A DNA stretch of 63,802 bases from Kudoa neothunni (Eukaryota > Animalia > Cnidaria): NCBI GenBank assembly GCA_964304625.1, contig OZ199840.1, forward strand, positions 10,051,218 through 10,115,019, read 5' to 3'. This document shows positions 53,559 to 63,802 of this stretch, one piece after another. Made by a program: the position numbers and the translations under genes. How positions within the stretch are numbered: the stretch's first letter is position 1; each line of letters opens with the position of its first letter. Under the pieces are notes generated by a model. That model did no database searches and was not told the DNA's origin. It worked only from the letters and a program-made list of their open reading frames with translations.

Positions 53559-54682
53559 CCAGCGAGAATTACTCAGCGTCGCTTTAGGAAATTTTTGCAT
53601 AGATACGTCACTTAATAATATTCAAAAAATATACTGAAGTTTGAAGTTAACCCATAGATGCAAAATAACAAAAAAATTTTGAGTGACGTACTTTCATCGA
53701 TTTGGATTAGCGAAAATTAAATTATAATCATTTCTGTGAAGGAAAATATCAATTCCGGAGTTCATTTAAAAATTTGGTGTCCTGGCACCAACGCTAAAGA
53801 ATTTATTGTCAGTGTCGTATTTTTTTGCATGGCCGAATTATTTAAATCCCTTTAAAAAGTTACCCTAAACGTTATTTTTGGTCCAGCTCAGAAATTTTAT
53901 GCCCCAATGTTTACGGGAGACAAATATATAGAGTTAGATGAAAATAGACGAAAATTAATTTTTTCTGCTCAAATTAATATCTTTTGGCCTGGCAAGAGTT
54001 TAATGCACGTTTTCCCTTAAACAGTCACAAATCAAGTCAACTTCAACATAAACAATTTAAATAATTGGGTGAAATAAAATTACAACCATAAGCATTGAAT
54101 TTAATCAATGAAAGTTCAACATAGCGGACGATTTCAATGAAATCCACGGACATGTTGCTTGTGCTATAAAGCTTCAATTTATCTGATGATCGCATACACA
54201 ATTAATTCGCTATTAATGAAACAAATATAGACTTTTTCTCATATTTTAAACCATTAATAGAACTTTCAAAAGGTGTTTATCAAGTCAAATACGTTAAAAC
54301 TCCACAAATAAGAAGTGTATCTGCATGATCACCTAAATTTACAGACTTAATTTGTATACAAAGTCAGATAGCAGCTGTTAATCAACATTTGATAGAGCAT
54401 ACAAAGGGGAAAATTAATTTCAACCGACCCTCATCATAACATAAGCCGATGTTAATCTCATTGTTTAACTCAAGTAATCCAATAAACAAATTTTGAATCG
54501 ACAAAATCACCGTTTTCTAAACATATTTGGGAACATTTTGTAATGTTAAAACGATTTAAAGATTTTTTAATACATCGTGACATTAAAAAAATTCTTAAAT
54601 GTCTCTATAAGGAAAACATTTTGACGCACGTGCGCACTTGTAGACACACACACGCGAACACTTTAGCTTTATATATATATAT
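53559..54682 (-). mobile_element. Non-autonomous Helitron-like element (copy H3)
   Basis: Colinear with 25269-26374 over ~1.1 kb. Confidence 0.7.
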
Positions 54683-55757
54683 CAGAGGTGGCTAAACCTG
54701 TCCAAATGGGGAACCAACTTTAAGGTTTCCAAAATTTTCAAGAGTCACAAGGCATTAAAATCATTTATATACCTCTTCCTTATTTAAAACTTACATTTTG
54801 GGGAAATTTTGGTATATATTAAGATAAAATGGTGTAGAATTATAAATAATGTTTTTTAATTTTTTCTTATTAAGTTAACCGCTGGAAAATTTACTTATAA
54901 TTTTTATAGGTTTAAATTAAATTAATATAGGTTTTCCAAAAAAATAAATGAGTCGATAATGATCCAATAAAACTTTTTCTCTATGAAAAAGGTCACGAAA
55001 ATTGTAAAATATTTTTCATATTTAATCATGTATCTTATTCTGACAAAAAATAAAATTAAATATTTACGAATAATGTAATAACACAAGAATTTAATGTTCT
55101 CGAGTTTTTTAAGAAATTTTCTCTAATAGGACAAGTTTTTCTTGTTTCCACATTATCAATGAACTGGCGATAACCTGGTTCGTATGCTGTTAACGTTGTA
55201 CGAATTAGTTCCGTCAGGTGTTTGTTTGTGAGGTAGGGATCCGCAATACCTCGATTTTACAAATATCATCGTCGAATAAATAATTTCACAACAATAAGTT
55301 TTATCTAAGATAGAAACATGTTTGAGGAAGATTTCTTTTAATTTTGAATATTTAGTTTCTGGAACGTATTTCCACAATTCATTTAGTGGGTTGGAATTAT
55401 GAATCATGTTTAAAGCCTTAATGAATGTTTTATTCATTCGATATCTATCAATTTGGTAATAGATAAACGCTAGTTCTAATTGTATTTCCTAATGAAACTA
55501 GTGATAATTCAAATTTTCATCAAATAATATAACTATATGGTAGGTTGTAACTGTGTTTTCTAATCAAAAATATTATCTAGTTTAAGATTAAAGATTTAAT
55601 TTCTTCGCCTGATTAAATAGTTAAAACATTTCACTTTGCTGAATTAACGTTCTGGTTGAATTAGGAAAAATATTACTAGAAAAAATTTTTTCAAGAGCCA
55701 CACCATAACTTTCAAAAAGCCACTTGTGGCTTGAAAGCCATGATTTGGTCATCCCTG
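54683..55757 (-). mobile_element. Internally deleted hAT element
   Basis: TIRs cagaggtggctaaac and (rc) cagggatgaccaaat; flanks atatatat/atatatac (7/8 TSD); hAT dimerisation-domain fragment LWKYVPETKYSKLK..TYCCEIIYSTMIFVKSRY. Confidence 0.75.
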
Positions 55758-55764
55758 ATATATA

Positions 55765-57553
55765 CAGTAGGTAACCGATTTTCCATAACTTTCTGCGCAT
55801 GTTAAAATTAAAAAATTTACTTATTTTAAAGAAATTCATTTCATTTATACATTCATCTCCTTTTATCGAAATAATATGTTATTTAATGTTACTTTTATTT
55901 AAATTTTTAAAGACGTATGTCGTAATTTTATCGTCTTAACTCATTATTGAGTCTAGATAATTAATTCCCCTCTGTCGTGTATTTATTCTGCCTGTTTAAA
56001 AATTTAAATACATCTTTTTTTGATAAAAATTCTGCCACTTCTAAATCTTCAGTTTCAGAATCCGCTGATTCAACGATCAAAGGAGCAAGCTTGTCAAAGT
56101 GTTTTGATGTAGGCATAATGACACTCCCTTTAATAATCACGGAATTTCCAGCTGAGATTTATTGCCCAAATTAATATTTAATGAACGCTGGTATTTATCG
56201 GCTGCAGGAAACTCACATTTTCTGAATCAGTTAAATACAATATCCTTTGAAACATCGTCCCATTATTTATAATTAGGAACAAAGTTTGAAGCATACCTTT
56301 TGAGGATGTGTTTATATCACAGCTAACTACAGCAACATGGTTTTCTACTAAACTGTTTTTGTAGTTTGCTTTGAATTTGAAAGTGATTCCATGGTCTAAT
56401 AGTTGCAAAACACTAGTTGAATTTTTTGTAAGGAATATAAGAGAGATATTGGATAAATGAATTTAGGCGTGGCAAGTGACATTATTAAGAAGTAGTAAAC
56501 TCTCTTGCACGTAGTTCTGAATACATTGTTAAAATTAGAAAGATATTTGTTAGATGTTTCCCTAGTCATCCATTTTTTCCTGCTTGATTTGTATTTAACT
56601 AGAAATGTTTTATTTAGCATTTTTAAAACAACATGGTTTTTGTGATTTCCAGTTACAAGAGATTAAATGCAACCTCCAGACATAGATTCATGCCACAAAA
56701 CAGTAACTATTTTTTTAGATTTTCCCCCCTTTGAGTTTTTTTCTCTCGACGAAACGTAGAATTAAAAACAATGGACCTCTATGTTGTTAATAAAATAGTG
56801 CAGTTTCGTCAAGGTTATAAATACAGTTATCGTTGTTACCTTTGACTTAGTGATTCATTTTAGATTGCCAACTTTCTACAAAATTTTAATCAACATAAGC
56901 AGCATCACCATAAGCAGTGATATGTTTAAATTAAATCATGATTTAAAACCAAGAAATCAATCATGGGTCATTACTGCGTTTAAGTTCAATTTTTTTGTCA
57001 ATTGGTTTCTTCTATATATGATATCATGATCAGATAGTTAAATTTTTTTATCTCAAGTGATTCACACAGTCATATACCAAAGTATCGAGGTCGTTATTTG
57101 AACACTGTTTAAAATTTTTTCTCTCTGAAGAAGCCAAGCCAGTTATAAGATAAAACTATATCTTTCTTCCTAATCAAGATGATATCTAGAGTAGAAATAG
57201 AAAGGATCTTAAATTTATTAAAAGTAGTAATTTTGCACTCCTGTTTAGTATACTTTAAAAAAATCAGTAAATTTATATTTTAGTTTTAGTTTTATTATTT
57301 CCTCATTTTTAACTTTTTCAGACATTATAAATGTAAAAAAAGGCACAACACTAAATCCGCCTAGAGCTGAAAAATTACGGAGAATCATTAATCGCTAATA
57401 ATGTGAAAACCCCCACGTTTAAATGTTCAATTTTTAAAATTTTTGTAAATTATTATTGAAATCTAAAAGTAAAATCAAATATATGGTCTAAAATATTAAA
57501 ACAATATTCTAATGGAAGAAAGTCCGAAGTTACCGAAACTCGGTTACCTACTG
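55765..57553 (-). mobile_element. Decayed pogo/Tigger transposon
   Basis: TA-flanked TIR cagtaggtaaccga; fragments DETALFY, KKWMT, LLDHGIT. Confidence 0.8.
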
Positions 57554-57854
57554 TATATATATAATAGATAATAATCATTATTTAATACTAATATTCCTAA
57601 CTCAAGTAAAAGGTTATATTTCCCGCAATCTTAAAGATAACGTTAAATTATACAAAATATGTTTCCATAATTATGAGAAAATCTATTATGATGTATTTAA
57701 TAATATTTTAGGTTTCAATTATTTTAACGTATAAAAACACTAAAAATAATTATTCTATTCAGAAAATCGAACAATAGTTGGCACCAAGTAACAAATAAGG
57801 ATCTCTTTACATATTTCTTATTTAATAATAAATTTCTACTGCATTTTTAATATA

Positions 57855-59807
57855 CAGTAGTACAGGGATACTACGCACTTTTTGAGACAAACCTTTTAGG
57901 TGCGTAATATCCCTGAAGTACGCAGTATCCATGTTAGCGCGTGGTCGTATTTTGTATTCAAAAATTACATTTTCTTTCTTATGTTAATGATAAATCGTAG
58001 ATTTTCATACAAAGTTGAATGTTAAACAAAAACAATAAATATCGAATAAGTACATTATAATTATTCTAAAATATGTACATTTTTTTAAATAGTCAGCTAT
58101 TTTATCATTCGTTTACGAACCGTGTCTTATTTTACAGATGGAGAAGTTCAGTTTTATTTTACTTTCCAACACAGGTAAGACATGAATAAAAATATTTTCT
58201 CTTAATTTATTTTAATGCCCAATGACTTCATTCATGGAACTAATGATGCTAGTTTTTTACATAATTTTCATCAGTAAACGATTTATTCATTGCGTCGACT
58301 TCATTATTTATTGTGTTAACATGTTTAGCTTCTGGACCTTTAAATGAAGTAATTTCATCTATATTAACCTGAACCTTCAGTTTATTTTTTCTAAGGATTT
58401 ACTCCAATCGAAAGAATAATGCCTCCTGACCCACAAATTATTAACAAGAATGGTTTTTAAAACTGATTTTGATTGTTCCTTCACTCATTAACTTCCATAC
58501 TTCTTTCATCATGTGCATATCAAAAAGTAAATCTGGTGGATCATTATTTAAATTTTTATCAAAAATACTAATGGAATTAACAGCAACTTTATTTATCAAA
58601 TAATTCGTCAGACGATTTTTGTAAATGTATTAAACACCGTTAATAATTCCTTGATCTGATTGTTGCAATACGCTGGTTGTTTCTTGTGGGGTAAAAACTG
58701 AGTTGAATATTTGAAAAATTTAGCGTGATATGAGCTGGGATATTTTTACTTAATCATATGATTCTTCTTTTACAGTGAAAAGTTTCAGATTTATACCGTC
58801 GGATATTTTGAAAAAATAAAGTCTTCTTATTAGTTTAATAGGGGTGCGAGAGGTCTTATATTTTGCGCAAGCACTAAGGTTTTTCATTATTGCGAATTAT
58901 TAATAAGAGTCTTTTTTCTGACATCGAGTAGATCACAACAATTGTTACTTCCTCTTCGATTTTGTTAGAACCGCGCAAATTTTCCTCCATTTCAAATGGA
59001 TAAAAATAAATTAAATTTCACACAGAGATGTAAATTTAAATGATATTTTACCTTATTCTGCTGGAAAAATAGCCCAGTTTCATCCAAATTAAAAATATCA
59101 TTTGGACCATAATTTTCGATCAATTTTAACTGTTGATCTTTCCAAGAGAAAATTATTTCAGGGACAGCATTCCTGGATTCACCTATGAATTTGTTATTTT
59201 CAACCCAATTCTCGAAGAAAATCCTTAAAACCAACCTTAGAAATTGTGTTTTAACTTCATATGAATAATTATGTACCTTTTTAATTATATCATCCTGAGA
59301 GAGTTCGATATAACATGATCTCATTGGCTCAGTCCGCTCTCTAACTTTAGAATCTAAAATGTTGAAATTATCTTTTATTGAAATTTCTTTGCTGTGATAT
59401 AGGTCCCCGGTGTTATAATCTTCCAGAATAATGTTCTTTTTTTAATATTATGCTGTTTAAAGCAGATTTCGATTTTAATTCAAATTTCTCAACGGTTTTA
59501 AATTTTGAGGCGCTGAATTTTTTAATATCACCATAATAGTTTATTATTTTTACTTTATTATCTAATTATCGATACTTTTCATATTTCTTAAATGGGTACT
59601 AACTATGTCGTTGGATTAAATTGGGGGATTTTTAGTGCGTAGTAATCATGCAGTCAAATTTTCTCTGAATCTGGGTCATATTTTCGAAAATAATTTCGCT
59701 TGATTAAGAATTTTTAAGTATTTATTACTAAAAATAGCAATGCTGTGAATTTTTATTAGGAATCCTTGCCATAATATCAAGAAGCGCGTAGTACCCCCGC
59801 ACAACTG
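57855..59807 (-). mobile_element. Decayed pogo/Tigger transposon
   Basis: TA-flanked TIR cagtagtacagggatactacgcactt versus (rc) cagttgtgcgggggtactacgcgctt; fragments IFNLDETGLFF and TTSVLQQSDQGII. Confidence 0.82.
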
Positions 59808-60155
59808 TACTTATTTTGGAACCACAAAATAAATTTTCGATAATTATTTTGAATTTTTATTATACTATAATAATAAATTATTTGGAAAATAAATAGGAAA
59901 AGATTAGTTGATTAAATGACGTTATTCATTGTATTTAACTATTTCTAATATTTTTTTTTTAAATAATTTATTGACAAACATTAAAATACATGGGTATTTG
60001 ATTTCTAATTCCTCTATTCAAGCTCATTCTCTGTTGTCACCTAATTCACCATATATGAATTAATCGGAACCAACTAAATGGCAACGACTATTAAATAATT
60101 AAGACAATACATAGTTAATATAATCTTGTTATTCGCTGAGTATTAATTTTTTACT

Positions 60156-61432
60156 ATGGCGAAACTACATTTTCTATTTATCACATTTTCGTTGTTTTTC
60201 CGTAACATTATCACATGTAAATAATTTATGTTAAAATTTCAATTTCTCATCTCTATTTAGTCAAAGCACTAGACTATTATAAACTGGATTCTGGTGAGTT
60301 CCCCTATCAAAAGGATGGTAAAATAAATGTCACCAATATACTCACCAGATTCTATGTAAAGGAAGATGGCACCTGCCAAAAATTTTATTATAAAGGAAGT
60401 GGTGGTAACACCAATAATTTCGGAACTGAGCATGAATGTCTGGAACATTGTAAACGATAACGCTTGTGACGGATATTTAATTCGAATCTTAGTGGCTGAG
60501 CTCACTAAATGGGAAACTCTTGAAGGTTGCAAGGAAGGATATATTTCGGAAGGTCCATGTACTAAAGAGGCCGTTACAAGATACGGCTATGTTGCTAATT
60601 CAAAAACTTGTAATTCGTTTGAGTACAAGGGATGTGGTGGAAACAATAATCGATTCATACAAGAAGATGACTGCAAAAAAGCATGTGAAGGTAGAACAAT
60701 TTAAAAAAAAATTTTAATATTTTTTAGTTGATAATGAAAATAAGGCGCCAAACTCATACGATTGCGCTCTTCCGCCAAAACACCCCATAAGCAACGAGGT
60801 TAAAATTGCCATCGTTAAGTCACAAGATAGCACACAAACAAAATGTTACTATGCCATTGTTGATAAGGAAGAAACTAGAGGAATATTCCCTTCATTCAGC
60901 AAGTGTCTTACAACCTGCTACCGTATATTTTAAATAAATATTTATTTTCTATTTATTTATATTAGCAAATGGTCAGATTGGGGCTTGCTCAAAAAATGTA
61001 CCCCATCAAGAAACTACTGCTAATGGAGACTTAGTTGTAAAATTTTACTACAAGAACACTGATCAAACGTGTTTGCCATTCCTTACCTACCAATCATCGG
61101 ATTCATTTAACCCAGCTAATAACTATTTTAATACAGAAGAAGAATGTATGAGCTACTGCCCAGTCTCTGAAGGTAACATTCTTTAATATAGAGTATATAT
61201 CACTACAGAAATAGATAAAATAAGAGAGATGACATTTCGAATAACTAAGGATGCCTGTAATTTAGCAGCTGCTCCGACAGCGTCTGGATCGCTTACTAGT
61301 GTAACTAAATGGTATTACGACAAAACTACCGATTCTCCAAAGTGTATAAGCATGAGTCATGGGGGAGTGGGAGACACTTCCGGACTTTTCGATACTGAAA
61401 TTGAATGCAAAAATTTGTGTGGAAACGTTTAA
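60156..61432 (+). CDS. Secreted penta-Kunitz protein K4
   Basis: Same six-exon structure, open frame after splicing; ends CKNLCGNV*. Confidence 0.92.
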
Positions 61433-63118
61433 TGAAAAGCTTTCAATATTTGTCTCATCGCCTTCAACTATCTTTATAAATTGTAGTGACAGTCGTCTTA
61501 CCATTAAATTCTATTGTCTTATGAACTCTCTTCCTTCAAAAATAACGAATGCATCAGTGATACAAATATTGCTAAAATTTTTTCTTTATCACATCAATTC
61601 ATGTATTAAAGTAAAAAGTTTCTTCTTTAATATGAAGAAGTGTTAACATTATAATACAAATATAAGAAACTAAAGCAATATTTCTTTTTATAAATAAATG
61701 AATCTTAGAAAAATAATAATTCTTGTTTAGAGTAGAGTTCATGTATGATCGAAGTTAATTAACTATGTATACAATCAATCACTATAATCATTCTTTTTAA
61801 TATTTTTTCTTCTCATTACCATAATAATCTACATTTGGTATCAATTTATTAAGTAAAATATCCCATCTTACAATTTTTTAAATTTATTGACGGCATCATA
61901 CAGATTATGGTTAAATCCTTCTTAAATGAAAATCTGTATTGTGGTAAAAATATATTTATTACATGTTTAATAACTCACCATAACAATATGTATAATAATT
62001 CGACCCAGATAAATAAAACTTAATAAATATAATTTATGAATCGTAAGCAATTAAAAAGAATAATTCTAAGCAACTGTTCAAAACTTATTGATGGGATACC
62101 TCATTTTAATATAAAATGAAAAATGGCACAATGATTTTTAAATAATTTTAATTTAGTATTAATTTTTTTTTATTCTGACTAATGTTTATACACTTTTTAG
62201 TGACAAAATTTTAAGTTTTTATGACAAACAGTTACACAATTGTATTTAAATAAAATTGCATATGTTATTCATAATTATTATTAAAATGACTAATAGTAAA
62301 AACAATAATCAAACCTATTCGGAATAGATTAAATTGAATGAATACGATTTATTGTAATTTAGCGCATTAAATAATGTTGCAGCAATTAATTTAGAAACTA
62401 GACCAATAAGTGGTAATGTAAATACTTAATATCCTCAAAATCCTGATATTTTTCACCTTAATTGGATACTCGAGAACATTTATTTGCATTTAGAGATATT
62501 TTTATTTATTATTTGTCTTCGATACTTGAATACAGAAGGGGGAAATATTCATTTAAGTAACAAATAAATGATTTAATGAACGATTTTAATTCAAAGGTAT
62601 TATAGTCAAAATATTTGATGAGTATTGTTTTCGTCATATTTTAAATAAACCTTTTTTATAGTTTTATAAGGACAACCAAAAGACAGTATACCTTTTTTAT
62701 TTAAATTTACTTAGTTTATATATAAACTAAAAATTAGAGAAGTTGTTTAAAATAATATTTTGTTGAATAATAATTTAATAGCCGGAAAATTTGTATTTGG
62801 ACAATAATTGACTACCTACTTTTATTTTTCAGATAATTATTATAATGGCAATGGAAACAATTGTATATAAGAAATACAGTACAAACTAGATGGAATGTAA
62901 AAATGTGTGATATATTTGTATTAAATAACGAAAAGTGTTCAATGATAACATGGTCAGAGTTATTCGGGATTCTCGTATAGAAGATTATTCTATATTATCT
63001 ACAGCTAAACCTTCGGTTTATAAATATGTCGGGAACTGTTAATTGAAACGATTTTTCATGAATAAATTTCTTAAATAATTTCCGTAATCTTGCTTTTGTA
63101 AAATCCTAATTTTTCAAC

Positions 63119-63802
63119 ATGATAAGTAGTTGTTTTTTTTTCATTCTCAAATTACAACTTCTGGCTCACCGCACTGCTGCGTGTATTTTATTTTGGCGAA
63201 TATATTAAACCTTGATTTTCTCGTAGTTAAAGCACTAGACTCTTATAAACTGGACTCTGGCGAATTCCCCTATCAAGAGAATGGTTCTACGGATTTCACA
63301 AAAATTCTCACCAGATTTTATGTAAAGGAAGATGGCACCTGTGACAAATTTTATTATAAGGGAAGTGGTGGTAATTCCAATAATTTTGGGACTGAACATG
63401 AATGCTTGGAACATTGTAAATGAAATCTCTATTGATAATTATTTAATTCGAATCATAGTATCTGGTCTGTCTAAATGGGAAACTCTTGGTGGTTGCAAGG
63501 AAGGATATACTTCCTCCGGTCCATGTACAAAGGCAGTTGCTACAAGATACGGTTTTGATGTCATTTCAAACACTTGTAAAGCCTTTGACTACAAGGGCTG
63601 TGGTGGTAACAATAATCGCTTTGAGTCTCTCGATGATTGCAAAAAAGCATGTGAAGGTAGAAAAATTTTTAAAAAATGTAATTATTTTTTAGTTGACAAG
63701 GAAAATAAGGCGCCAAACACATATGACTGTGATCTTCCGCCAAAATACCCTATAACTGACGAGGTTAAAATTGCAATAGTAAAATCACAAGAAACTAGAT
63801 AT
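63119..63802 (+). CDS. Secreted penta-Kunitz protein K5 (5' part; runs off the window)
   Basis: MISSCFFFILKLQLLAHRTAA exon 1; exons 2-3 intact; exon 4 cut by the window end. Confidence 0.88.

Noticed and set aside
1-63802. CRISPR arrays, rRNA or tRNA genes
   Set aside because: No regularly spaced direct repeats or recognisable structural RNA motifs seen by eye; a covariance-model scan was not possible.

Overview
AT-rich eukaryotic (animal-type) genomic DNA with very short GT-AG introns (mostly 37-46 nt), so the ORF track shows only exon fragments. Eight host genes can be spliced by hand, all on the + strand and from only two families. Family 1 is type-I membrane proteins built from 4-Cys FN3-like modules: a partial copy at 1-858, a giant ~1,950-2,000 aa gene at 8286-15168 with a five-exon cassette repeated three times, and a ~865 aa single-cassette copy at 41526-44523. 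Family 2 is five secreted penta-Kunitz paralogs (K1-K5), in which only domain 2 is a canonical six-Cys Kunitz. The spacers are filled with decayed DNA transposons (pogo/Tigger, hAT, piggyBac, MULE, Merlin, Helitron, MITEs). The most striking signal is two consecutive ~90-nt introns in the stalk region of the giant gene, each parsing as a short intron nested between the G and T of another intron's donor (a [D1,2] stwintron, which I know only from fungi). Other notable signals: a conserved alternative acceptor that would give soluble isoforms, juxtamembrane micro-exons, a syndecan-C1-like tail, mosaic Kunitz paralogs, and a 3.2-kb nested transposon inside a 41-nt intron. All gene models are manual and lack transcript support.
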